Positions 25,301-38,631 of a stretch of DNA of 64,000 bases are shown in pieces. Source of the stretch: Tubulanus polymorphus (Eukaryota; Animalia; Nemertea). The stretch covers positions 20,591,910 to 20,655,909 of the forward strand of contig NC_134031.1 of assembly GCF_964204645.1 (NCBI RefSeq). Direction: 5' to 3'. Below the pieces are notes generated by a model. That model was not told the DNA's origin. It saw only the letters and a program-made list of their open reading frames with translations, and did no database searches. The position numbers and the translations under genes were made by a program. Numbering within the stretch: the stretch's first letter is position 1; each line of letters opens with the position of its first letter.

Positions 25301-28300
25301 TTAATTGAAAATGAACTAAATTTGATCGAGTTCTCGTCGTTTAACTCACCAGGTAATAATCGCACAGTTCGTATAACCAGAAGTTGAAACACGCCGTCGT
25401 CGCTTGAGGGAAATCATATTTGACGAAACCGTCGTTACACAACTCGACGGCGTGAGCCAGACGACTGAGCACCCATCGATCCATCGGCTGTTCCTCACCG
25501 GATACCTGCGTTTTTTAAAAAGAGAAAGCGTCATCTACTGGGCCACGGTAAACTATTCGCGGACCAGACTACCTGACATCTCTGAACGTAATAGGTTTCA
25601 TCTTATATTAGAGACCAGGGCCCAGTTCCACAGTTGTGAGTTAGAGTGAACTCTCGGTTAAAATCAGTTCATTTTCAATGAGTTAAATCTTAACTCACAA
25701 CTGTGGAACTGGGTGTATTGTTACTTCTACAGCGGTCAGCAGTATTTCAGACTTTGATCTTCTTTTAGTTATACATATCTTCTGAATTAATGACTCACCA
25801 TATGTTGCGGTAACGGTTTATAATCTTCGCCGAGATTCATCAACGCGAATTTCGTCGCGTTCCAAAGTTTATTACAGAATTTCCTGTAACCGAGCACGCG
25901 TAATACATCCAGATTGATATCTCTACCTACAATCAATTATCTCATATATACAGCAACTTATGAGAACTGTGACAAGGATCTGCAGGGGTTTCAAGGCAAA
26001 GTTTCATTCAAATTTTTTGTTTAGTTGCTTCATCTTTTTAGCGCGAGAACTAGAACTAAAACTGAACCGCTTCTTCAAGAAACTTTTTCATAGAAAAATG
26101 TCAAGTTAAGTTTGAGCGAAAATTTCATCATTTTCAATGTTGAACCCCTGCAGTGAAATCGGCCCAGGTTTGCTAATAATGTTGACAGGAGTCGGTTTTA
26201 AATACTTCAATTTCAACGAAATTCGAACTGGAAATAAACCAACTGTCTACTTACCTTGTGAAGTATAAGCGCATAACGCAAACCGTAACGCGTCTGTACC
26301 ACATTCTGGAATACCGTTTGGATAATCAGCTCTTTGTCCAGCTTTTGCTTTTTCTACTTCTTTCTTATCTAAATTTCCACCATCGAGCAGTTTTTGCAGA
26401 TTCTATAAAACATTACTAAAATGTTACCGAAACTGGTCTAGATAATCGTCATTGGTTTAATAATAACAAAACCAAAATACCAATAGATCGGTCTTAAATC
26501 TAAATCTTGTCTATAAACAACTGCTTGAGGGACTTATAAGGTTTAACTACAAAGAAGTGTTTCTATCCTTAACCAAAACACCTGGGGCTGGTTGCATAGT
26601 CATGGCTTAGACTTAAGATCAGTCTTAGACCAACTTAGTTCTATAGCCAATCTAACTAACAACTTAACACTGACCAGTTTTAAGATTTAAGACCACTTTT
26701 GGGCTTAAGTCACGACTGTGCAACTGGCCCCTGATCTTAAATGACAATCATTCAGCATGAAGGTCTCATTCTGAATACGGTTAAATTTCAATATTATAAG
26801 TAGTTGTTTACACTACAATAGGGAATGATGTCTTACCTCTAATGTGATACCGTTTATCACATCTACAGGATCGATGACATTTCCTAACGATTTACTCATT
26901 TTACGACCGTGAGCATCGCGCACCATAGCGTGTAAATAAACCTGTAATTAATAATCATCGTTCAACAACATCGTTCTACTGGAGCTAACTACATTTTATC
27001 TGTTAAACTCAGGCCCAAGAGTACAATAGCCTGTATGTTCCTTTTACCCGTGGAGAGATGACTGATATACAGTAAGAAATGGGCTAGGTCTATACAAATT
27101 GATTGAATGCATCTGAGGATACTAATTATTGCTATTTCATTAAAATTTGAATGATATAGTTCAAATCATAACATATTTTAAAGGATTATCTGATCGGGGG
27201 ATGGCTGCCATTTTTGTTTGCCCCTATTCTACAAATCGGTTTACCTTTTACCGCCAAAAGAAGTCAAAATTTCACATACCTCCTTGAATGGCAACTGATC
27301 GAGTAACTCCAGACCCAACATAACCATTCGAGCCACCCAGAAAAACAAAATATCATGCCCGGTCTCGAGGAGCGTTCCGGGATAGAATACTTTCAATTCT
27401 TCCGTCTGCAAAAACATTAAAACATCAACCATTTTTAAATTACAATTTATCATTACATAGGAAATAATGATTTCATGAAGCGAATAATAACCTGATCGGG
27501 CCATCCAAATATCGAGAATGGGAACAATCCAGAAGAGAACCAGGTATCCAACACATCCTCATCTAAAAACAAATGGGGATCATATTGTATATTTCTAAAA
27601 GCAGATAAATCATTTACTGGTGCATAACATTATAGATCTAATGAATAATTACTTGTCTGGTAATTATTGAGGGTATGACCAGAGGTCACGAATAACTAAG
27701 GTTACGGAAATCTTGGGTTTTACTAATACTTTTCCCCAAACTATGGCATGATCTATGGTACTTTCTGCTTATACAGCATCGGTATCACATCAGTAAAACC
27801 AAATTAGCGAAGAACCAAAATCAGGATCACGGTATTTCTACTTAAATTTCACTTGCTTTTTCCCTGACACTTGTTCAATATACAAACCTTGTTCAAGTTT
27901 GATTTTTTCCAATGGTACGTTAAATTTCTGGGCGGCTTTCGTTTTGGCTTCTTCAATCGTTCGTCCGCTGACCCAATACTCATTATCATCTTTCTATCAA
28001 TGAAAATTCAGCGGATGAATATTCCTAATTCTCATACACGGAAATTTCTACTCTACCGTCAAATGAATCCAAAAACATAATCAAAATCTATTACTTTTAT
28101 CGTACCAACTTAAGTGGTAAAAGTTAATTAGTCCTTGTTTACTCAGTGAGGAACAACCATCAATAATTAACTGTTTTAGAAAAGTATTTACCATTCCCTG
28201 TTTTGCCGATGGGTCGTCAATGGTGATGAAATAAGCCGGTATTCGATGACCCCACCACAGTTGTCGAGATATGCACCAATCTCTGAATGATAAAATCAAC

Positions 28301-31300
28301 ACTGTTATCCAAGGTAAAGATGAATTAAAATCAAGATTATAAAGATGTACGATTACTGCAGATTTCTAGTTCAGCTTTCCGTGCAAAAATCATGAAATTA
28401 CTTACCTGCAATTGTCGAGCCAAGCAAACCAAGTTTTGTTGTGCATATCGGGTATCAATTTCAGATCTCCATTTTTCACAGCCTACATAAAGAGACAATA
28501 TGAAATACCTCTACAACATAAATGGGAATAAAGAAAGTTGAAAATTTTATGCTCAAAACTTGGTTTCAAATTCCTGCTGAGGGAAAGACGGTGGGTCTGC
28601 CCCGATCAGTGGGTATCTTGCCAGTTCATGTTGAATAGAAGATTGTTTAGACGAATCAGAATTCACAACTTTGAAAATTTGGACATATGACTATAACTAT
28701 ATTGAGTACACACTGCATTTCAGTGTATCGTTAGTTCACTAATATTTCAGGATGTTTGACTAAAGTAACAATTACATGGATACATCGCACCGCGGGGTTG
28801 AGTCTGGATTATTAACCGGGAGGGTAGAATCGTAGAGGTATATTTACAGACTAACCTGTACAGCTCGTTCAGCCATGTTTGCACAGTTGACGTACCACTG
28901 CGGTTTTAACATTGGTTCGATGATATCTTTACTGCGACTACACGTAGGTACGACCATAGGATTATCGTCGGTACCGCGGTACAGACCTTTCTCCTCGAGG
29001 GCTTTCAATACGGCTTTCCTCGCGTCGAAACGTTTCATACCCTATTATAATACGAGGTACAAATATCAGTCGCGATCAACATTTCGAGCAACCTTTATGA
29101 GCACCAGGGCCCGGTTTTATAGACTGGTATCAACTTTAACCCAAATCATTTTCAGTTGAGTTAAACCCCCGGGTTAAAGATAATACCAGTCTATAAAACT
29201 GGGCGCTGGATACCAGATCTATTTACACAATTATGATGCCAAACTTACGGAGAATTGTCCACAACCGTCAGCGATGAGACCGGTATCTGTTAACATCGTT
29301 AGGAAGGGAAGATTGTGGCGTTTACCGACGTCGTAATCATTAGGATCATGAGCCGGGGTTATCTTAACAGCACCTACAAAACAACATATAACAATTCAAT
29401 TCATCGATTTCTTAAAATGATACTCTATTCGAGATATTAGTTCCTTCTCGTTTTATGACTACCACCGAGGTTCAGAGTTATAACTGCTAAAATATTTCAG
29501 GGGTTCTCTGATGGGAGGGATAGTCGGAATTTATCTATATTCCAGATACTATTTGTTTTCATTACCAAATTTTTAAATTTTTTAGGCAAGCATCTATTTT
29601 TTACATCAATCTGACCACAGAAATAGAATAAAATATGAATTTCACTTACCGGTACCGAAGCTCATGTCGACGAAATCGTCGTGAACAATCGGTAATTTAC
29701 GATCACAGAACGGATGCAAGACGTATTTTCCGTGATAGTTTTTGTAGCGTTCGTCGCTAGGATGAACAGCGACGGCCGTATCACCGAGCATTGTTTCAAT
29801 ACGTGTCGTAGCAACTACTATTTCATCATCTATAAAAACAAACGAAAATGTCAAGAATTTGTTCTTCGGGGGCCAGTACCATAGTCGAGACTTACGACCA
29901 AAAGAGGTCCTAAATATCCTATAAGTCTGGGGTCGGTTCCATAGTCATGACTTGAGACCAAAAGTAGTCTTAAATCCTAAGATTGGTCTTAGTTGTTAGA
30001 TTGGCTATAGAACTAAGTTGGTTTTAGACTGGTCTCAAGTCTAAGCCATCACTGTGGAACCAGCCCCTGGTCTTAAGTTGTTAGATTGGCTATAGAAACC
30101 AAGATGGTCTTAGACTGGTCTTAAGTATAAGCCCTATCTATGGAACCAGCCCTATGAATTGAATTGAAATCTTTTACGAGATAAATGAAAACATGATATG
30201 ATTAATGATCAGAATTAACATTAACATAGACTGTTTTGAAGCAGTTATAAAGACAAACAATAATCTGTTTGATTTTGATATGTTTTCACCTGAACCGTCC
30301 ACTTTATAGGCAAATGATACGAGAACACCGAATTCTACTTTATCTTTGTACCCAGGAACAGCTAGCAGAGTTCGTCCAGTGAGTTCTTTCTTATCCACCT
30401 GAATGCAACAGAAATAATTCCAGATAATTCGTGCCTCAGTTCATTATAAAGCCGGACATAAGTTGGCCTTATGACAGCCAGCCATTCATTGCGAGGTCAG
30501 TGATAACTACGCAAAGACCTATCAACTTACACACACCCTTGTGACGGCTAATAATGAATTCGCTGTTGTGACTGACGATCGAGTCACACGTACTCACTGA
30601 CAATCACGCCATCTGATTACTAGGTCGTGACAAATAATAATGAAAACTCTGAAAATAAAAACTGGTCCCATTTACCTCGATGTCTGAAATGGCGGAGTTT
30701 AATGTACACGACCAGTTGACCAGACGATTAGCTCGGTAAATCACTCCTTTTTCGTGCAGACGTATAAACGCTTCCGTTACGGCTTGGCAAAGTTTCTGAA
30801 AAAGTCAATAAAAATATAAAACTTAAGACTGATCATCTGTGGATGTTAGATTCGCTATAGAACTTCAGTGTTTACTGTAAGCTATGACTGTGCAACTGAC
30901 CCGTGGTTTATATAATAGATATTACCAGTGATTATTACTACTTACTGGATCCATAGTGAAACACGCTCGGTCCCAATCAAACGAGCCACCAATTTTCTTC
31001 AATTGGTCGTATATATGATGTCCTTTCCTGTACAACGATATTAATTTATCAATTACATTAGTTCTGGTAAACATTCTAATCGAGGATGTTTCCTACTTAC
31101 TCATCTTTCCACTTCCAAACTTCAGCGACGAACTTCTCGCGTCCGAGATCGTGTCGCGTGATGCCTCGTTCCTTCGCTAGTTTTTTCTCGACGACGACCT
31201 GAGTGGCGATACCTGCGTGATCGCAGCCCGGGTTCCACAGCGCCATTTTACCTTTCATACGATTCCTGCAGAATCAGAACACATTATCAATCTGCGACGC

Positions 31301-33010
31301 TCCTTCACACATTTACCATTGGTTAGTGAGGTTTTGATGGGCAGAAAAAAACTAATTTCTATTGAAGCCCCAGAATTGCCCTTTTTGCTAAATTCTAACG
31401 TGGAGTCCTTCCTTGGGACTGAAATGCATTTTGTTTTTTGATGGAAATGTAATTTGAAAAGGCCTTCGTTCATTTTATTCCGATATGTCCGGGGTGAAAT
31501 CTGTCTGTACTTACCACCTGGTAATAGCATCTTCAACAGCGTTTGTAAGAGCGTGACCAAGATGTAGCAAACCTGTGACGTTAGGCGGAGGAATAACCAT
31601 CATAAAAATGCCTTTATTATTCTTTGCTTCCGATAAACTTTTCCTCTATAAATAAAAGAACAAACCACTGAATATCCCATACAGCTGATAGAATCCGTTT
31701 GATTTTACGCGAGATATAGCAATCTCAACAAATTTTCCTGACTTTCCCCCGATTTTTAGCTTTTTTTGATAACATTTCCTTGACTTTTCCTTGATTTCTA
31801 GAAAAAGTGGCTGCACCATGTTTTATGATATAAGCCTATAAAGCTTTTTCAAGGAAGAAGGCAAACGAAATGACATCATCCCCGAACTTACCCCGTATTC
31901 AGGTTTAAAGAATCCACTTTTTTCCCACCAATCGTACCAGGCAGCTTCAACATAACGTGGACTGTATGCATCAGGCATTGCACAAGATGTATCTGAAACA
32001 CATTATAAACAGTATGCTAACCCGAATGAAGATTTTCCTCGATTCAGACTATATTTTCATAATCTTATCATGAGGGCTCAGACATGATGAGACTTGCCAT
32101 GTATTCGTGAAAAACAGAGCTTCTGACTATGAAGAGCCTATGATTGAGCTACTTTTTAAATGTCCTGATTTTAAAGAAAAGAGCCAGTATTCCCTGCAGG
32201 GAAAAATAAATCTGGAATTTCCTGATTTTTCCTGATCTATAAGAACCCTGATCTCAAGGGTCTTTCATGTAAATCACGATCGCCGATATTTTGCATTTTA
32301 ATCAAGTCTTTCATTTTCTGGTGTTTTTTACCTTTTTTCTCGCCTTTTGGAGTTGGAATATCGTACGTGATGACATCACTGGGCGACTTTTCCTTTTTTG
32401 GTTTCTTTTTCTAAAATGAGAAAGCATGTAGTGTAGAAAATGAGCAGTGATCATCAAACCCAAGAGTCATTTATCAACCATTTGAATAAAAAATCTTAGT
32501 TTTTTTCTGAGGTTGCAAGTTTTTCTGAATCAACTGATTATTAACAGAATCAAAGATCAATACTTTGCTCAGGGAGGATGTAGTTCACTGACAGACAGAA
32601 CAGTAGGGTTCTTGGTGAAAGATAGGTTAAGACAATGTTGTCTTGTAACAAAGTTGGGGTCCAACTGCAATCAATCCAAGCTTTATCCTAGCATAAACAC
32701 AAGGTAGTCCTCAGTGTGTTTTGGATACTGAATATTGCGCGCGGCCGCATTATAAGCAGTCCGCTGCTGGCAGCGTCTGTCACAACGGAAAAAGCCAAAA
32801 GCCTACCTCGTTGTTTGAGCTGTTTTGCTGTTTCTGCGCCATTTTCTCTTGTTTCGCCTTGAACTTTTCTAATTTCGCTTTCTTTTGAGCTTCTTTCTTC
32901 AGTTGAGCCGGGGTTTTCTGCTTCAGTTCGTCGCCGTGATTATTATCCGCTTCATTCTGACACGATGAATCAGCGGCCACGACGCAGCCGGTTTTTTCGG
33001 TGTCTGCCAT
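22319..33010 (-). CDS. VARS: Valine--tRNA ligase (valyl-tRNA synthetase), 25 coding exons
   Basis: Exons: 33010-32807, 32410-32332, 31992-31892, 31645-31515, 31265-31100, 31027-30946, 30795-30676, 30398-30290, 29829-29650, 29373-29249, 29041-28856, 28482-28406, 28282-28192, 27993-27888, 27562-27492, 27405-27280, 26941-26837, 26402-26255, 25926-25799, 25505-25350, 24811-24605, 24069-23955, 23703-23527, 23200-23052, 22387-22319. Motifs: [53 protein letters not shown]. Confidence 0.97.
22708..22874. mobile_element. MITE-like element with CCTGG-bounded inverted termini
   Basis: cctggactgggtttcataga ... tctatgaaaccgggccctgg. Confidence 0.5.
25615..25713. mobile_element. Short hairpin MITE, Harbinger-like termini
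   Basis: cccagttccacagttgtgagtta / taactcacaactgtggaactggg form a 23-bp perfect inverted repeat. Confidence 0.65.
26582..26733. mobile_element. PIF/Harbinger-like MITE with CTG target-site duplication
   Basis: TIRs gggctggttgcatagtc / gactgtgcaactggccc, with CTG on both sides. Close relative at 63077-63220; rearranged copies at 29867-30153 and about 30820-30905. Confidence 0.7.
29104..29209. mobile_element. Short hairpin MITE, Harbinger-like termini
   Basis: ccagggcccggttttatagactggtat / ataccagtctataaaactgggcgctgg. Confidence 0.65.
29867..30153. mobile_element. Nested or partially duplicated copies of the 26582-26733 MITE family, in reverse orientation
   Basis: Two left ends (ggggccagtaccatagtc, ggggtcggttccatagtc) and two right ends (tggaaccagccc). 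Confidence 0.6.
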
Positions 33011-35788
33011 TTTTTCTAAGGATATTTTACCCGCTTAACCTACTGAGATATGACATGACGATATATTTCTGTAGAAACTGAATGGGTAGATCGCGAGTCA
33101 GCCAGCCAGCGATAAAAATAGACAAATTGTCGAAAAATATACCTCGAATGGTGCAATTCCTAGCAGACCAATGCTTCAAGAGGTAGAGACTTGTTCGTAT
33201 CTGGCAAAGTCGTACGTATACGCGGCACGCTGTATCTAATCGAGGTCGAATCCCGCTAAAATACTTCGAGTTGACTCGACTACGGGTAGAAGCCTCGCTT
33301 GCCAGGGTTCGGTATCGCCCTCCGAACTCGCTTTAGCTTAGTGGGTTCGAATCCCATGACGGGTGAAGATGACTAGGAAGTTTAAGAAATAACTCATGAT
33401 ATTCGAGCATCCAAAGCCTCTTGCAACGTTTTTCACACTCCTATCCTTATAGCACAAAAAAACAATTGCTGATATGTGCGTTGCACAGGGCCCTGGTTCT
33501 GGGTGTTTAGTTTGTGAATGTGATTCTTGTCGCCAAAGTTCTGTTTTGTTTCTGTGAACTTCGTACTTCTCGTGCAAAGCAAAAAAATTTAATGAATTCA
33601 AAATTGAATGGCCATTTAATGACCCAGGTGGGCCACGACATTTGACCGCAGCCTACATGGACGTTCTCTTTGTACGATATCAATCGTTTATATATGACAT
33701 TAGTTTCAGTCCGTTGATCAGTCTTTACCCAGAGTTAATAGGTTACCGCTACTACTAGAAAATATAATTGATCAAAAATGGGACAGACGCTTAGGACACT
33801 TCAGCGGGTAAGTACACGTACGAATAGAGTACTGAAAATTGAAATTGGCCGATTGATTAAAACAGTCTCTCTACGACTTGGAATACACGATGTACACGCA
33901 GCCCTAACACGCGTCGAAATCGCACCAACTTAGTTTTTATATCTTGTTTCGGTCGTTTTCCACGTACGTGTAAATAGTCCGAAAGCCTTTTATTGTGGTT
34001 TTTCTCGGGTATATGTTGATCCTGCAGACTAGATTGAAAAGAAGCACATTATTTTTGAAACGCAAATTATCCAGATGAGAATATCGGATCCTGCCGGGAT
34101 TCGCACACTGTGCAGCTCCAATAGGATGTGTTTCTCCGTTAAGGGGTCCATGGGGTTTATTTACGCTATCATTATTTGTTCTATTCTATTTTTTTCTATT
34201 TCTTTAGTTCCTCGTGTTGGCGCGGGCTCAAAATGGAAATATATCGTGTGATCTTCTTCCTGTTTCTATTCGATTTTTTGTTCGTAGGTGAGTTTAGAGA
34301 TTAGTGAGAGACGCAAGCTCCGGGATACCCGAAAAATTGTCATGTATATTCTCAAATATTGATACCGGTAATTCAACTTAAAAGCTTTGATATAGTCATT
34401 TGGTAGTGATAAAGACAGTAAATTTTAATACGCAGCCTCCTAAATTAATCGCATCCTTGAAATACTCGCTATATCGAAAAGCTTGACTTATCAATCAAAT
34501 ATCGATTTATTATATTCTCTGTAGTCGATGGTTCGAACTGTTACCAATGCGAATACGGTAATTTTGAACATAAAACGTCACCAAAACTATTCCTGCAAAC
34601 GGTACGTACTTTCTGAAGCTGATAACATTGATATCAGTGGCACGAGTCTTGGTAAATCTCAAACTGCGAGACGTAAAAATACATCTTTTTCGATCTTTTC
34701 AAAGGTCGAAGCTGCGCAGCTACGAAACAGCCGTTTAAAAATCCGCAGTATTTCCTACTGTACAAACCAGACTGACAAGCTTATAGCGGATAAATCGTCA
34801 AATATCTACCATCCTCATCGATGTAGTACTTCCAGGTGTATGGTAAGTTGAACTGCGAGAAGAGCCTTTTTATCTTGAAAAATTGATTTTGAAATCGGAA
34901 ATCAAAGTACAGATATAGTCGGATTTTAGTCGATTTTGATTTTGGTCGTTTTTACCATTCCCACTCGAACAATCGATATAGTTTAGGATATTCTATGAGG
35001 TTTTCTAATATCATAAGAATCAACCATGCATTATATGATTTTCCCTTTTAGAAAGAAATTATCACTCTTCACGATGGATCGTTTTTCATGACAAGAAAAT
35101 GCGATTCGTTATGCGAACAAAGTTACAAAAACGAGAACATGTTTACTGTTGAGACTAAGTGCTGTAATTACCCAGATTATTGTAATTCGTCTACCCAACT
35201 ACAGGGGACATTGACTGTATTATCATTCATAATTGTATCTTTACACTTTCGATTTTAGCAAATAAAAGTATTTTATGATTTTGTAATTAGTTTGTATTTT
35301 TCTAAATTCATCGCGAAACAACTTCACGTAATTGACCTTTGATGATCCGTGGGTGTGCAGAAGGGATTAAGGGTCTCCAGGATCTATCTCTTCGAACTGG
35401 TCTTCCGATCGATATGAAACAGAGTTTATCTTTCAGTTTTTTCATTCTAATCTATAAACCCACCTCTCAACCCAATAACTCATATAATTTCTGATATTTG
35501 TAGTGAGAAATATGTTACTACGTCACTCAGTTTATACATGTATTAAAAATTCTAGTGCGGGCGGTTCAAATTCAAATTCAAGTTTCACGGAATGCAAAAT
35601 ATACACAGAAATTAGACAAAAATGAAATTTATCTTCAAATACGAAATAGGCCTAGTTAAATGAAAAAATTTTTCGTCTATTTTGGTATTGGTTATTTCAT
35701 ATTCAATATCTACAGCTTTTTAACCGTTTTAGACTTGACCACAGAATGTGTAGTATCATATATTTTCGGGTATTTTTTACGTGTCACA

Positions 35789-35908
35789 CCAGTTTCGATA
35801 CATTTTTGCTGTCAAATGGGCTATTGATAAATAGTATCTATAGCATGGGGCACGAAAAATGTAGTCCAGATAGTGATAATTTATGAAGCCGAATTTCCAA
35901 AGCTCTAT
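35789..35908 (-). pseudogene. 120-nt relic of a third GPCR paralogue (ECL1-TM3)
   Basis: Translates as IELWKFGFINYHYLDYIFRAPCYRYYLSIAHLTAKMYRNW, collinear with the intact receptors. Confidence 0.8.
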
Positions 35909-36119
35909 ATCATTTATTTCTGTTTCAAATAGACAAGGAAATGTGTCACCAATTTTGCAAGCGTGTTACAGACCATTACATCTTACAAGCCAAATGTATC
36001 CAAAAGATTAGTGAGAAATTCCCAACATTTCATCATCATTTCATACCAGTAAGTCGACCGTAAATACTGTCCAAATAAGACTAAAAAAATCAAGCTAAAA
36101 GACAAAAACGGTTTTTTTT

Positions 36120-37124
36120 TCATGGGAAGGTTGACTTTGGACATTGACAAAATGAATTTCGGACAATTTTTCGAAACTTAACACTTGACAGACAATACAG
36201 AAAGAAATTAACACATGAATCGACTTGCGAAAAAAAGGATTTTAAATAGTTCAAATACACCCGCAGGATTCCCATCAAAGCTAGAATTCGGTCAACGAGC
36301 ATTGGACTTTCGCAAACAAGATAAACGATAACTGAGGACAAGGCTAACATTGTAGCTTGTACGTCACCGGTACCGACTGAGGACGACTTGGAAATCTCTT
36401 TACGTCGTGATGTTGCTCTGATAACGATTCTGATCAATCCGATATTAGTAATTGAGATAATTACTAGCGGTATCACTGCGATGGGTATGATATTTGTTAA
36501 ACGACCAGCCATCCGTCCATCCGGGTGAATAGCCTCGTCAAACATGATGAGATTAAACAAAGGACAATCATTGTATACAGATTTCAAGATTTTAAAACGC
36601 CAACGATAGACGTGTGTCATAAAACAGAAACAAAACAGTCCCACAACAGCGAACGTACATCTTTTTTGAGTAATGGTTGCTCTTGATTTCAGCGGGAATG
36701 ACAGTTGCAACCAGCGCTCAATACTGATCATAGCTATCAGCCAGTTTCGATACATTTTAACCGTCAAGTGCGCTATAGATACATAGTATTTGAGGTAAGG
36801 AGCGAGAAGACTTCTGTCCAGATAGTGATAATTTATAAAGCCGAATTTCCAAAGCTCTATAAACTCTGGAAGGTTGAAGTAACAAAAACTGAGAATGAGA
36901 TAAAGAGAATCGACGACAGCTAGAATACTGAGTAAGTAGTATGTAGTGACCACACTCGAGTACATGCGTCTCAAAACAATGTAACTCAAACAGTTACAAA
37001 TCAAACCACTCGCACATACAACTGTACCACCGATAATTATAATATGTATTCGTCGTTCAGCATCATCCCAGAACCGTTGACTCAAACACTCGTGAGTTGT
37101 GTTGGATTGATTATTGTCAGACAT
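36120..37124 (-). CDS. Orphan rhodopsin-family GPCR, FMRFamide/peptide-receptor-like, copy A; single coding exon
   Basis: 334-aa ORF with 7 hydrophobic segments, LAVVD (TM2), ERW (DRY variant), CESP (TM6), NFFLY (NPxxY variant) and N-terminal N-glycosylation sites. Confidence 0.9.
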   Translation of the reverse strand: MSDNNQSNTTHECLSQRFWDDAERRIHIIIIGGTVVCASGLICNCLSYIVLRRMYSSVVTTYYLLSILAVVDSLYLILSFCYFNLPEFIELWKFGFINYHYLDRSLLAPYLKYYVSIAHLTVKMYRNWLIAMISIERWLQLSFPLKSRATITQKRCTFAVVGLFCFCFMTHVYRWRFKILKSVYNDCPLFNLIMFDEAIHPDGRMAGRLTNIIPIAVIPLVIISITNIGLIRIVIRATSRRKEISKSSSVGTGDVQATMLALSSVIVYLVCESPMLVDRILALMGILRVYLNYLKSFFSQVDSCVNFFLYCLSSVKFRKIVRNSFCQCPKSTFP

Positions 37125-38095
37125 TCTAAAACCGTCAATTTGGTCTCATTTATTTGCTAAACAGAACCTTCCATACCTTCCACCATAATCATATCTGAAT
37201 ATATCTCAAATATGAAACTCTTAGGATTATTAAAATGATTCAATATAGACACGAATAGAGAAGAATATTAATCAAACCAAAAATCATGTAACACGTAAAT
37301 TTATGATTTTAGAATAGTAGAGGCATTCTAGAATATATTTGAGAATTGCCTGAATGAACGAATTTTATTTTCATCTTTATTAATAATAATATTTATATAT
37401 ATTTATATAAATATATTTGCACAGTAGGAACGTGTCCAGAATTTTCAGCTAGGGTTTTAAAATCACTTCGGTACCCCGAAGAAGCGAGCGCCGGAGGCGT
37501 GAAGCCAAAAAGGGGTCTTTTTACTGCTTAATTGTATCTTTACACTTTCGATTTTAACAAATAAAAGCATTTTATGATTTTGTAATTAGCTTGTATTTTT
37601 CTAAATTCATCGTGAAACAACTTCACGTAATTGACCTTTGATGATCCGCGGGTGTGCAGAAGCGATTAACGATCTCCAAGATCTATCTCTTCGAACTGGT
37701 CTTCCGATCGATATGAAACAGAGTTTATCTTTCAGTTTTTTCATTCTAATCTATAGACTCACCTCTCAACCCAATAACTCATATCATTTCTGATATTTGT
37801 AGTGAGAAATATGTTACGATGTCACTCAGTTTATACATGTATTAGAAATTCAACTGCAGGCGGCTCAAATTCAAATTCAAGTTTCACGGAATGCAAAATA
37901 TACACAGAAATTAGACAAAAATGAAATTTATCTTCAAATACGAAATAGGCCTAGTTAAATGAAAAAGTTTAAATAATTTTTCGTCTATTTGGTATTGGTT
38001 ATTTCATATTCAATATCTACAGCGTTTTAACCGTTTTAGACTTGACCACCCAATGTGTAGTATCATATATTTTCGGGTATTTTTTACGTGTCACA

Positions 38096-38215
38096 CCAGT
38101 TTCGATACATTTTTGCTGTCAAATGCGCTATTGATAAATAGTATCTATAGCATGGGGCACGAGAAATGTAGTCCAGATAGTGATAATTTATGAAGCCGAA
38201 TTTCCAAAGCTCTAT
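38096..38215 (-). pseudogene. Duplicated copy of the GPCR relic
   Basis: Near-identical to 35789-35908. Confidence 0.8.
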
Positions 38216-38263
38216 ATCATATATTTTTGTTTCAAATAGACAAGGAAATGTGTCACCAATTTT

Positions 38264-38505
38264 GGGCAGCTGTGCAGTGGTTTCGAGCTGAGCCGCTGTA
38301 GACCCACGGTCGGTTATACTTGAGGCTCGGTAAGGAGTCTAATGGCTGATGTGTGAAAGCACCCACCCACACATGTCCTGAGTGTGGGCGAGCCTTCCAG
38401 GCCCGAATTGGCCTCATCGGTTATCTTCGAGTCCAAAGCCACTGATCATCGACTCCGATCGGGGAAATCATCTTCATCGTCGATCCTGACGGACGAACAT
38501 CCATG
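38264..38505 (+). mobile_element. 5'-truncated RTE-clade LINE fragment
   Basis: Absent from duplicate copy A. 38359-38445 encodes a degenerate C-terminal zinc finger (TCPECGRAFQARIGLIGYLRVQSH*), followed by a short 3' tail ending gacggacgaac as in RTE elements. Confidence 0.75.
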
Positions 38506-38631
38506 GCAAGCGTGTTACAGACCATTACATCTTACAAGCCCAAATGTGTCCAAAAGATTAGTGAGAAATTCCCAACATTTCATCATCATTTCATACCAGT
38601 AAGTCGACCGTAAATATTGTCCAAATATGAC

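Noticed and set aside
33290-33366. Possible tRNA gene (gtgggttcgaatcccat T-arm)
   Set aside because: No pairing acceptor stem or D-arm; at most a tRNA-derived remnant.
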